A DNA stretch of 64,000 nt, from NCBI RefSeq assembly GCF_036365525.1, contig NC_090371.1, forward strand, positions 155,342,669 to 155,406,668, written 5' to 3'. Under the pieces are notes generated by a model. It worked only from the letters and a program-made list of their open reading frames with translations, did no database searches and had not been told where the DNA came from. Numbering within the stretch: position 1 is the first letter of the stretch; every line of letters begins with the position of its first letter. A program made the translations under genes and the position numbers. Positions 40,230-52,088 of this stretch are shown one piece after another. This DNA comes from Heterodontus francisci. Taxonomy: Eukaryota.

Positions 40230-40880
40230 ACAAAATTCAGTCCTATGAGTGCAGGTAGATAAGACTACACAAAAAGGCCAACATCATTTTAAAAATAGGG
40301 GGGTAGATTGAAAGACTAAAGAAGTCATGAAAAATTTGTGCAAAGCATTGGCTTTGGCCATGGTTCGAGTACTGTCTGCAGTTTTAGGCATACCATTATA
40401 GAAGGACATGAATAGAGAATGTACAGGGTGAATTCATCAGGATGATGCCATGCATGGAAACTATGAGAAGAGAGTCCAGATACTGGGATATTTTCCACTG
40501 GGCAGAGAAGACTAAGAGGAGGTTTCATAGGATTTTTTTCCGAATTATCAAGGTTTTTGACAGGTTGAATAGGGAAAGATTATTTCCTATAGTTGAAAGA
40601 GTTAGTAATGATCGATCAACAATTCAAAGAGTAAGGAAGAAAGTTCGATAGCATTTCTTAAAATAGAGAATTTTTGAAGCATGAAGTATATTGCCACAGA
40701 AAGTAGCTGAGGCAGAGACAATTGCATCTTTTAATAGAACATTGAAAAAATATTTGAAGCAGAGGAAGATACAAGACTATTAATGAGAATGGTGTAATGG
40801 GACTAGGTTTGGATTGCTCCAGCAAAGAGCCAGCACAAGCATGAAGGGTTGAATGGCCTCCTTTATTATCTTTTTCTATG
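40230..40880 (+). mobile_element. Degenerate CR1 3' fragment
   Basis: gagtactgtctgcagttttaggcataccattatagaaggac, FRIIKVFDRLNRERLFP and a CR1 tail. Confidence 0.8.
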
Positions 40881-41094
40881 GTTCATCTGAACCTATCCTG
40901 TCGAAAAGTCCAAATGAGTCAAAAATCACTGTTAAAGGTTAGATAAGAATGCTTGAAGGTTATTTACAGATTATTGATGAAAATGAATTCCTTGTTGAAA
41001 AGAAGCACACTTTACATGCAGTGGCTGGATACTCAAGGCTGATAGATTTATTACAGCTTGCTGAATGACATGAAGCAGATACTATAATTTGCAA

Positions 41095-42327
41095 TAAAAA
41101 CAAGAAATGCTGGAAATACTCAGCAGGTCTGGCAGCATCTGTGGAGAGAGAAGCAGAGTTAACGTTTCAGGTCAGTGACCCTTCTTCAGAACTAGCAGGT
41201 ATGAGAAATATGAAAGGTTTTAAGCAAGTAAAGCAGGGGTGGGGCAAGAGATAACAAAGGAGGTGTAGATAGGACAAGGTCACAGAGAATAACCGAACGT
41301 GATGGAGCAAAGGCAAACAATATCTTAATGGTGTGTTGAAAGATAAAACATTAGTACAGATAGGGTGTTTACAGACTGAAAACTGAACAGCCACAAGTAC
41401 AAACATGAAAAAAAAGTGGGTAGGTAAACTGAACAAACTAGGATAAAATAAAATAAACACAAAAAAAAAGAAAAAGGAAACAATAACAAAAAATAAAAGT
41501 AAAACGGGGGGCCCGTCATGCTCTGAAATTATTGAACTCAATGTTCAGTCCAGCAGGCTGTAGTGTGCCCAATCAGTAAATGAGATGCTGTTCCTCGAGC
41601 TTGCTGATATTCACTGGAACACTGTAGCAATCCCAGGACAGAGATGTGAGCATGAGAGCAGGGGGGAGTGTTGAAATGGCAAGCAACCGGAAGCTTGGGG
41701 TTATGCTTTTGGTTTGAGCGGAGGTGATCCGTGAAGCGGTCACTCAGTCTGCGTTTGGTCTCACCAATGTAGAGGAGACCACATTGTGAGCAGCGAATAC
41801 AGTATACTACATTGAAAGAAGTACAAGTAACTCGCTGCTTCACCTGAAAGGAGTGTTTGGGGCCTTGGATAGTGAAGAGAGAGAAGGTATTACACCTCCT
41901 GTGGTTGCAGGGGAAGGTGCCGTGGGAAGGGGACGAGGTGGTGGGGGTAATGGAGGAGTGGACCAGGGTGTTGTGGAGGGAACGACCCCTTCGAAATGCT
42001 GACATGGGAAGGGAGGGGAAGATGCGTTTGGTAGTGGCATCGTGCTGGAGGTGGCGGAAAGGACGGATATGGAGGCTGATGGGGTGGAAAGTGAGGACAA
42101 TGGGAACCCTGGTTCTGGGAGGGAGGGGAAGGAGTGAGGGTAGAGGTGCGGGAAATGGGCCGGACATGGTTGAGGGCCCTGTCTACCACAGTGGGAGGGA
42201 ATCCTCGGTTGAGATAAAAGGAAGACATATCAGAAGCGGTATCATGGAAGGTGGCATCATCAGAGCAAATGAGTCAGAGACGGAGAAACTGGGAGAATGG
42301 AATGGAGTCCTTACAGGAGGCAGGGTG
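41095..42327 (-). mobile_element. Penelope-like element, 5'-truncated (RT C-terminus, GIY-YIG endonuclease, pLTR)
   Basis: Encodes SIPFSQFLRL, FYLNRGFP and NVVYCIRCSQCGLLYIGETKRRLSDRFTDH..PVACHFN. Confidence 0.93.
41157..41193 (-). ncRNA. Minimal type I hammerhead ribozyme in the Penelope pLTR
   Basis: Minus strand reads AGUU-CUGAAGA-A-GGGUC(ACU)GACCU-GAA-ACGU-U-AACU: both core boxes, a stem II hairpin, palindromic stem III and a 4-bp stem I. Confidence 0.75.
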
Positions 42328-42360
42328 CACTCTTCTTTGATGGAAAGATCAATTTCATAG

Positions 42361-42520
42361 CACAATAACAATTTATATATTCCCCTTAACACAGTAAAGT
42401 TTCATCAGATGTTTTACAAGGGAAAAATAAAAAGGAGTGGATGCCAGGTATTGGTGCAAAAGTTACTAAAAGAACTATGTAGACCCAGTCATAAAATGAG
42501 AATTGAAGGCCATAAGAAGG
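42361..42520 (-). mobile_element. Degenerate L2-type 3' end
   Basis: Resembles 61651-61800 (acaacttgcatttatata-type terminus). Confidence 0.45.
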
Positions 42521-42862
42521 TAACTTGAATAGAGGCCAGTTACAGACATCGACTAGTGCAGTACAGAAAGAGGCCATTCTGCCCAGTGAATCTGCTCTTG
42601 CTCTTTCAAAGATCAATCCAGTTAGTCCCACTTCCCTGCTCTTTCCCTAAATCCTTGCAAATTTTTTCTCCTTCAACTATTAATCCAATTCCCTTTTCCA
42701 CGCTACTATTGAAAATGTAACCACCACCATATCAGGTACTGCATTCCAAATCCTAACCATTTGTTGTGTAAACGTTATTCCTCATGTCACCACAGGGTTT
42801 TTTTGCCAATCACCTTTAATCTGTGCCCTCTCATTATGGACCCTTCAGCCATTGGAAACAGT

Positions 42863-43659
42863 GGATGGAATTTTACATTGTTGCTGAGGCCCCACCCACC
42901 AGCTGAAAAGTCAGGGGAGAGCCCGCCTCTGCCGGACCTGGAAGTAAAGCAGCGATTTTGCATGGACCAGGCCCTTAATTGGCCTTGGTTGGGACAGCTG
43001 GCCTGCTGAGGCAGGATGTTCCACCTTCAAGAGCTGCTGACCAAATCAGCAGGCCGGCAGCTCTTTAGTCTTAACAGCGCCACTGGGAGCGGTGGCCACT
43101 CCTGGGACTGCACCCAGCCCAGCATCATGGACGCCACCCTTGGAACAGGTAAGTAGGATTTGGGCCTCACCCAAGACAATCAGCTGGGCCCTGGCAAGGA
43201 AGTGGGGGTGAGGGGGGAGGTGGACAGGGGACAAGTGTTCCAGAGGGGGCAGCTTGTGCTGCTGGGGCCCTCCATGAGATGCTGTTCCTCGAGCTTGCGT
43301 TGATGGGCACAGGGTGCACTATCAGGATGGCCCCCTCTCCCCCATGAGCCCACAAGGAGGCCACCAGGTATTACCGGGCGGCCTCCGCAGCTGGCAAAGT
43401 GCCTGTCTGCAACTGGTAATATATCAATGGCTGCAGGAGGAGGCCCATAAGTAGCAAATAATTGGCCACAAGGGCCTCAATTGGCCTGGGGCGGGTGGGC
43501 TGTTTTCCACCTACCCTGCCACTGGTAAAATGGGGGGCCAGTAGGCGATGTGAACAGCACCCCTGTCCCCTGCTTCCCACTCGATTTAACGCCCTCCCCC
43601 CCACCTCAACCCACTCCTGGGGGGGCGGCGGCAGGGGAGGGTAGCATAAAATTCTGGCC
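42863..43659. mobile_element. Harbinger-type MITE (~0.8-kb family)
   Basis: Termini ggatggaattttac...aaaattctggcc with an exact TSD agt. The host CR1 rejoins on removal. Confidence 0.9.
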
Positions 43660-43880
43660 AGTTTCTCTTTATTTATTCTATCTAAACCCTTATGATTTTA
43701 AACACCTCCATGAAATCTCCCCTTAGCCTTCTTTGCACTAAGGAGAAAAAAAACAAGCTTTTCCAGTATATCCACACAACTATAATCCCTCATCCATGAA
43801 ACTATTCTCATAAATTTCTTCTGTGCCCTCTCCAAAGCCTTCATGTCCTTCCTAAAGTGTAGTGTGCAGAATTGCACACA

Positions 43881-44127
43881 CCGGGTGCTCTGGTTTCCTC
43901 CCACATGCCAAAGACTTGCAGGTTGACAGGTTAATTGGCCATTATAAATTGCCCCTAGTATAGGTAGGTGGTAGGGAAATATAGGGACAGGTGGGGATGT
44001 GGTAGGAATATGGAATTAGTGTAGGGTTAGTATAAATGGGTGGTTGATGGTCGGCACAGACTCGATGGGCCGAAGAGCCTGTTTCAGTGCTGTATCCCTA
44101 AACTAAACTAAACTAAACTAAACTAAA
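43881..44127 (+). mobile_element. 5'-truncated HE1-type SINE with (CTAAA)n tail
   Basis: Reverse-complement match to 31742-31972. Confidence 0.92.
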
Positions 44128-45205
44128 TAGTCCATGCTGGGGCCGAACTAAATGCTTTATGTAGGTTTAGCTTAACTTCCTGGCTTTTGTACTATTTGCC
44201 TCTACTTATAAAACCCAGGATCCCTTATGCTCTACTAACTGATTTGTTAACCTGTTCTGCTACCTGCAAATATTTGTGTGCAAATGCCCCCAGGCCTCTC
44301 TGTTCTTGCACCCCCTTTAAAACTGTACCATTTAGCATGTATTGTCTCTCTTCATTCTTCCTACCCAAATTGTATCACCTTTCTGCATTGAATTTCATCT
44401 GCCCTGTGCACACCCATCTCACCAGCTTTTCTATATCCTCTTGAAATCTGTTACAATATTATGCTATGTTAACTAGCTTCCAAGTTTTGTTTCATCTGCA
44501 AATTTTGTAACAGTATCCTGTATCCCCAAGTCCAAGTTATTAGTACAGAACCAAGAACAGCTGTGGTCCGATTACTAAACCTTGGGGAGCTGCAGTATAC
44601 ATTTACCTTCATCTGATAAACAGCCATTCATCACAACTCTTGTTTTCTAGCCCTTAGCCAATTTTGTATCCATGCTGCTACTGCCCCTTTTATTCCATGG
44701 GCTTCAATTTTGGTAACAAGCCTAAGATGTAGTACTGTATTAAATGCCTTTTGAAAGACCACATGCACAATATCAACTGCCCTGCCCTCATCCATCCTTT
44801 CTGTTACTTTTTCAAAATAATACATCAAATATGATGTGCCCTTACCAATTCCATGCTGTCTCTCCTTTATTAATCCATGCTTGTCCAGGTGGCTGTTAAT
44901 TTTCTCCCAGATTATTGTTTCTTAAAGCTTCCCCACCACTGACCTTAAACTGAGTTGCCTATAATTACCAGATTTATCCTTCTCCCCTTTTCTGAACAAG
45001 GGTGTAACATTTGCAGTCCTCCAGTTCTTTGGCACCAGCCCAATATCTAAATAGGATTGGAAGATTGTGGCCAGCAGCGCCATTACTTTTCTACCCTACC
45101 TCTCTGAGCAACCTAGGATGCACCCATCTGGGCCAGGTGACTTACCTACTATAAGTACTACTCCTCGTTGGGCAGGAAACATACTGGTCCAGGAAATTCT
45201 CCTCA

Positions 45206-48200
45206 GGCAGTGGTGCAGTGGTAATGTCACTGGACTAGCAATCCAGCAGCCCAGGCTAATGCTCTGGGAACACGGGTTCAAATCCTACCACGGCAGCTGG
45301 TGGAATTTAAATTTGATTAATAAATCTGGAATTAAAAGCTACTCTTAGTAATGGTGACCAGGAAACCATTGTCGATTGTCATAAAAACCCATCTGGTTCA
45401 CTCATGTCATTTAGAGAAGGAAATCTGCCGTCCTTACCTGGTCAGGTGACTCCCGACCCACAGCAATGTGATTGACTCATAAATTCCCTCTGAAATGGCC
45501 CAGCAAGCCACTCAGTTGTTCCAAACCACTCGAGAAAAGTCTAAAAAGGAATACAACCGGATGGACCACCCGACATCAACCTAGGCACCGGAAATGACAA
45601 CAGCACACCCAGCCCTGTTGACCCTGTAAAGTCCTCCTTACTAACATCTGGGGGCTTGCACCAAAATTGGGAAAGCTATCCCATAGACGAGTCAAGCAAC
45701 AGCCTGACATAGTCATGCTCATGGAATCATACCTTACTGACAATATCCCAGACGCCACCATCACCATTCCTGGGTAGGTCTAGTCCCACCAACAGGACAG
45801 ACCCAGCAGAAATGGTGGCACAATGGTATACAGTCAGGAGGGAGTTGCCTTGGGAGTCCTCAACATTGACTCTGGACCCATGAAGTCTCAAGGCATCAGG
45901 TCAAACATGGGCAAGGAAACCTCCTGCTGATTACCACCTACCACCCCGCCTCGTCTGATGAATCAGTGCTTCTTCCAATTGGTGTTCAGTATGGAGAAGC
46001 ACTGAGGGTGACAAGGACACAGAATGTACTCTGGTTGCGGGATTTCAATGTCCATCACCAAGACTGACTTGGTAGCACCACTACTGACCAAGCTGTCCGA
46101 GTCCTAAAGGACATAGCTGTTAGCCTAGGTCTGCGGCAGGTGGTGAGGGAACCAATAAGAGGAAAAATTCTACTTGACCTCGTCCTCATCAATCTAGTGT
46201 CACAGACGCATCTGTCCATGACTGTATTGGTAGGAGTGACCACTGCACAGTCCTTGTGGAGACCAAATCCCATCTTCACACTGAGAGTACCCTCCATCGT
46301 GTTGTGTGGCACTACCACCGTGCTAAATGGGATAGATTTTGAACAGATCTAGCAACTCAAAACTGGGCATCCATGAGGCGCTGTGCGCCATCAACAGCAA
46401 CTGAATTGTATTCGACCACAATCTGTAACCTCGTGGCCTGGCATATCCCCCACTCTACCATTACCATCAAGCTGACAGGTCAACCCCATTACAATGAAGA
46501 GTGCAGAAGGGCATGCCAGGCATATCTAAAAATGAGATGTCAACCTGGTGAAGCTACAACACAGGACTACATACATGCCAAACAACAGAAGCAGCATGCG
46601 ATAGACAGCGCTAAGCAATTCCACAGCCAACGGATCAGATCTAAGCTCTGCAGTCCTGTCGCATCCAGTGGTGAATGGTAGTGGACAATTAAACAACTAA
46701 CAGGAGGAGGAGGCTCCACAAACATCCCCATTCTCAATGATGGGAAAGCCTAACACACCTGTGCAAAAGACAAGGCTGAAGCATTTGCCACCATCTTCAA
46801 CCAGAAGTGCCAAGTGGATAATTCATCTCGGCCTCCTCCTGAGGTCCCCAGCATCACAGATGCCAGTCTTCAGCTAACTTAATTCCCTCCACGTGATATC
46901 AAGAAATGGCTGAAGGCATTGGATACTGTGAAGGCTGTGGGCCTTGACAACATACCGGCAATAGTACTGAAGATTTGTGTTCCAGAACAAGCCGCGCCCT
47001 GAGCCAACTAGTTCCAGTACAACTACAATGCTGGCATCTACCCAACAATGTGGAAAATTGCCCAGTTTTGTCTTGTACACAAAAAGCAGGACAAATTCAA
47101 TCCAGCCAATTACCACCCCATCAGTCTTCTCTGGATCATCAGCAAAGTGAGGGAAGGTGTCGTTGACAGTGCTGTCAAGCAGCACTTACTCAGCACAACT
47201 TGCTCACTGATGCTCAGTTTGGATTTCGCCAGGGCCACCCGGCTCCTGATCTCATTACAGCCTTTGTCCAGTCTTGGACAAAAGAGCTGAATGCAAGAGG
47301 TGAGGTGAGAGTAACTGCTCTTGACATCAAGGCAGCATTTGATTAAGTGTGGCATCAAGGAGCCTAGCAAAATTGGAGTCGATGAGAATCAAGAGGAAAC
47401 CCTCCACTGGTTGGAGTCATACCTAGCACAAAGGAAGATGGTTGTGGTCATTGTAAGTCAATCATCTCAGTCCCGGGATATCACTTCAGGAGTTCCTCAG
47501 GGTAATGTCCTAAGCCCAACCATCTTCAGATGCTTCATCAATGACCTTCCCTCCATCATAAGGTCAGAAGTGGGGATGTTCGCTGATGATTACACAATGT
47601 TTAGCACCATTCTTGATTACTCAGATATTGAAGCAGTCTGTGTCCATATGCAGCAAGACCTGGAGAACATGCAGGCTTGGGCTGATAAGTGGCAAGTTAC
47701 ATTTGCATCACACAAGTGCCAGGCAATGACCATCTACAACAAGAGAGTATCCAACCATCTCCCCTTGACATTCAATGACATTACCATTGCTGAATCCCCC
47801 ACAATCAACATTCTGGGGGTTACCATTGACTAGAAACTGAACTGGACCAGCCATATAAGTACTGTGGCTACAAGAGCAGGTCAGAGGCTGGGAATTCAGT
47901 GGCAAATAACTCATAAGCCTGTCCACCATCTACAAGGTTCAAGTCAGGAGTGTGATGGAATACTCTCAACTTGCCTGGATGGGTGCAGCTCCAACAACAA
48001 TCAAGAAGCTCGACACCATCTAGAACAAAGCAACCTGCATAATTGGCATCCCATCCACCACCTTCAACATTCATGCCCTCCACCACACAGTGGCAGCAGT
48101 GTGTACCATCTACAAGATGCACTGCAGGAACTCACCAATGGTCCATCAGCAGCACCTTCCAAACCCACAAACTCTACCACCTAGAAGGACAAGAGCAACA

Positions 48201-48452
48201 GATGTATGGGAACACTACCACCTGCAAGTTCCCCTCCAAGCCTGACGTGGAACTATGTCACCATTCTTTCACTGTCACTGGGCCAAAATCCTGGAACTCC
48301 CTTCCTAACAGCACTGTGGGTATACCTACACCACATGAACTACAGCGGTTCAAGAAGGCGGATCATCTCCACTTTCTCAAGGGCAATTAGGGATGTATAA
48401 TAAGTGCTGGCCTAGCCAGTGATGCTCACATCCCGTGAAAGAATAATAAAAA
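45206..48452 (+). mobile_element. Full-length decayed single-ORF LINE (APE+RT) with a tRNA-like 5' head
   Basis: A box 45211-45221 and B box 45275-45285. From ~45630 it encodes LLTNIWGL, PDIVMLMESYL, RDFNVHH, LLDLVL, GVPQGNVLSPTIF, MFADDYT and WNSLPNS, with a stop at 48390 and an A-rich tail. Confidence 0.88.
45211..45285 (+). promoter_or_regulatory. Internal Pol III (type 2) promoter, tRNA-like
   Basis: tggtgcagtgg (A box), ggttcaaatcc (B box), an anticodon-like stem ctgga/tccag with a 7-nt loop and a long variable-arm hairpin cccag..ctggg. Confidence 0.8.
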
Positions 48453-49706
48453 ACACTTCAGAAATTCATCCCTTCTCTGTCCTTAATATAATCATTGCCC
48501 CATTCAATATTGGGACAGTTAAAATCTCCCAGTATCAATACTCTATAGTTTTTGCATCTCTCAGTAATTTCTTTGCAGACTTGCTCCTCTATCTCCATCC
48601 CACTATTTGGTGGCCTACAAAATATACCCAGCAGCATAATGCCTCCAACCAAATACAGTTGATTCTGTCTTTGCCCCTTCCAGAACATTCTCTCTTTCTA
48701 GCAGTGCATATTTTTCTTAATCAAAGCTGCTATCCCTCCTCCTGTTTTCCTTCCTATCTTTCTTGAATACCTTGAATCCTGGAATATTAATTATCCTTTC
48801 CCAATACATCATATTCCAACATGGTTATTTTTGCCTGCAGCTCACCAACCTTATTAACCACAGTTGCACGCCACACCTAACGTAGACCTCTTTGTATTTC
48901 CTATGATCCCACCTAATTCTGTATTATTTCTAACTCTGACAGTTTCTTCCAGCCCTCTGTGTACCTTGTTTCTACTTTTTAATACTACATCATGGTGCCT
49001 AACCCCCTGGTGAGTTAGTTTAAACCCTCCCCCACAACATTAGTTAACATGCCCACAAGGATATTGGTCCAAGCTCTGTTCAGGTGCAACCTGTCCATCT
49101 TGAATATGTCCCTGTTGCCATAAAACTAGTCCCAGTGTCCCAGGAATATGAAGTCCTCCCTCTTGTACCGTGTCTCTAGCCACGCATTAACCGACCATAT
49201 CCTCCTCTTTCTAATCTCTGGCAAATTGTATATTGTGTCCTGCTTTCAGTGCTAAATATCAGTTAGTGGGAAACCAGGATATTTTATGAGTTAGACTTTT
49301 ATCTTTCTGTTCAGTTAATGAAGTGATTGTGCTGGAACTTACTGCATTAAGCATTTCGCGAATGTTCATCCAGTGAAGGAAAACTGCAAGGCCATTCCAC
49401 TATTTTCGTATCGTCAAAGGCTTTCACTTGTATTATGGGTAGCTACAGATGCTGTTTTATCTACTGTGTCTGAGGATGTTTATTTGTGATACCTTCAGTG
49501 TTCTGTTTTGACTGTGCCCTAGGTCAAATGCATTACATTTATAGAAGCTGTTACATTTGATAGGTTGTTGTTTCCCTCCTGTGATGTACAACAACATTTG
49601 TCTTTTACGTTGTGATCTCGAGTTCACATATTCTTGGGCTAAATACTTGTCTGTTTTTCAAGTACAAATTTCTGAAAAGCAGGTCTGAGTTATCTGCTGA
49701 TACCGT

Positions 49707-50296
49707 GGGCAGGATTTTCAGAGCCAATGTGGGCAGGAACTGAGTTGGGTGGGCGCACAATTTCATGCTGCTGGTTGGCGTGCTGGTGTGCCCCCGAAAC
49801 ATTTTCAAGGTGGCTGGAATTTTCCAGGCGGCAGGTGAGTCCCATAAAGCGGCCAAAACACGGCCAGTTAAACAAAGCGGCTTCCAGGCGGGATGGGCAG
49901 AGCTGCGTTTTCATCCCACTAGGGACCCCCTTTTTGGGCCACAGCTGTGGCTGCTGGCTGACCAGTGGAGGGGTTGCTCCTCCACGATTACGGCAAGGCA
50001 GCTGTGGCTTTTTTTAAATTAAATTTTTTCACCTGGTCTTCAGAAGGCGCCTCCATTATGAGCTGCCCTCTCTCTGCGAGCCTCGGCTGCTCCCACCTTG
50101 GACGGTGGGGTTGCCGATGTGTCATCACTGGAGAGCCTCCTATTGGCCCTCCAGCGTGGCGAGCCTGCCCACTGTCCTTAGATGATGAGTGTTCCCTCTG
50201 GTCACTAATTGGCAAATCCAGCAAAAATAAATGTCGGTTTTGACCTACATTTGACCCTGACATCGGGGTCCCAATCCAAAATGGAAAATCCTGCTG
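49707..50296. mobile_element. Harbinger-type MITE
   Basis: Termini gggcaggattttc...gaaaatcctgctg, flanks cgt/cat. Confidence 0.78.
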
Positions 50297-50591
50297 CATG
50301 TTTAGGTCTACTGATCAGGACAGGAAAACCAGTATAACTGTGTTAACAGGTTCCACTATAAAGTTAAAACATACATGGATAAGGCAACAGAAATTCGGGC
50401 ATCTGCCTTTGTTGGTCAAACGTACAGTTTCCAAGCATGTGAAGATTCTGGAAAACCATGCATTATTGGCAGAAACATTCAAATGGGTCCTACAATAGTG
50501 AAGTAGGCAAACTACAGATGGTATTAATGGCATTGAAATTCCAAAGCCCTGTCTAGCTGCAGACTTCTGCCCAACTATTTTCCCTTACCTT

Positions 50592-50781
50592 GACACAAAA
50601 GTAAAATACTGCGGATGCTGGAAGCGTGAAACAGAAAAAGAAAATGTTGGAAATACTTAGCGGGTCAGGCAGCATCTGTGTGAGTTCTAATGATAGATCA
50701 CAGACCTGAAATGTTAACTGTGCTTTTCTCTCCACAGATGCTGCCTGATCTGCTGAATGTTTCCAGCATTTTCTGTTTTTG
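50592..50781. mobile_element. 190-bp Penelope pLTR-derived hairpin element with a degenerate hammerhead
   Basis: Inverted arms ~50629-50680 and ~50733-50781 are homologous to 41095-41143. Exact 12-bp flanking duplication ttcccttacctt (50580-50591, 50782-50793). Confidence 0.85.
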
Positions 50782-50925
50782 TTCCCTTACCTTAACCCTG
50801 TCCAAAATGCTAGGATTTGGTGATTTGAATAATGAGGGTGGTTGCTTATGTCAGTAAAGATGCTGTTGTGGTGTCCAGCCTGTGGAGCTGCTGGGATTTT
50901 TAAAGTGGCATTAGAGGAATGGAGG

Positions 50926-52088
50926 CTGAGTGATGGCAAGTCAAATATCTTCAGTTATCTTTCAGTCCTATGGTGCTTTGCAGCTATGGACCAGCCATTA
51001 ATATCTTTGAGATCAGTCAGTATTTGCATATAGCATCTAGAAACCTCCTACAGCTCTTGTATAACATGTACACCTGCTTCATACAGACATATTTACCACC
51101 AGTCAATAATTGCATCATGCTACTGTTGTGATATTGCTTTAATTGCTTTAATACTGATTAACATACTACTGAATATGTAAATAGTTTAGTATACATCATC
51201 ACAGGAAGCTATACAAGTTAACATGTGATACAGTAGTTGGAGCGGTGTTAATCAGCAGGTAGCATGTGTACTGAAGAGCTCTCCTGTAATTCTGTAATAA
51301 AGAACCCTTTGTTTAGTTTACCAATCATTGTTAGAGTATTTGGTACATTGGTGTTAAGAGCCAATAACATAATATGGTGGCAGCGATGCAGATATGCACA
51401 ATGTGTTAGCAGTCGACATAGTGACAAGCAATTACAAGTGCGAAATTATGGACATTGGAAGAAGCCATAAAAGCCTGGGACAACACTGTAAATGGCTGGA
51501 AGAAGCAGCAGCGACGGGATTGAGGACAGGATTTGAAAAGCACTCTTGAAAAACGGTACTCCAAGAGAGTGAGTAATTGAAAGGGTAATTCTATTGGAAC
51601 TGTAACCGACCAGAAAGGCGGTGTTCTAGCGGAATCAGATTTTGAAAAAAGTCAATCCGAATTAGAACTGCGAGACTGCACCACCATTAGGCGTCATGTG
51701 TTTTCCACCGAAAAGAGCTCCATAAGTGAAGACATTTAAGGAAAGGGGAATGTTGTGATGCTGTTTTAGTCTTGATTTACATACTACTGACATACTGACA
51801 TACATTATCACAGGAAGTGATGCAAGTTAACATGATACAGTAGTTGGAGCAGTGTTAGTCAGCAGGTAGCACGTATATTGAAGAGCTGTCCTAGAATCCT
51901 GTTATTCTTCAATAAAGAACCCTTTGTTTAGTTTACTAATCATTGTTATAGTGATTGGTACCTTTGTGTTAAGAGCCAATAACACAACAGCTACTGTATC
52001 CACAGACCCTTCATAATAATTTTCTAACTTAGTTCTGTCAGCTGAGAGCTTTGATCACTGAAGCGTGCATATTGGAAATTGAAACCTT
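50926..52088. repeat. Copy 1 of a ~290-bp direct repeat (split by the TRIM); copy 2 at 61813-62102
   Basis: Colinear similarity. The best block is taataattttctaacttagttctgtcagctga.agctttgatcactgaag. Confidence 0.88.
51124..51989 (+). mobile_element. Miniature non-autonomous LTR retrotransposon (TRIM-like), 866 bp
   Basis: LTRs 51124-51374 and 51751-51989 (TGTTGTG...CACAACA), PBS-like tggtggcagcg at 51375, PPT aaggaaaggggaa at 51738-51750 and an exact 5-bp TSD GCTAC. Confidence 0.93.

Larger units (their letters stand above)
42545..49215 (-). mobile_element. Old CR1 LINE (3' UTR to ORF1 C-terminus, with deletions) hosting three nested insertions
   Basis: The tail is at ~42545-42650, RT pieces at 43698-43880 and 44128-45150, APE at 45160-45203 resuming at 48453 (ILGDFNCPNIEW), and ORF1 KMDRLHLN at ~49080-49100. 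Confidence 0.85.

Noticed and set aside
45206-45295. Possible genuine tRNA gene
   Set aside because: No proper acceptor stem, it is embedded at the start of a repeat and a degenerate second copy lies at 58285. It is treated as a retroposon head.
49585-50498. Plus-strand frame of ~106 codons that stays open if the 49707-50296 MITE is excised
   Set aside because: The nearby acceptor at 49522 is out of frame with a stop in between, the peptide is unrecognisable and the length is compatible with chance.
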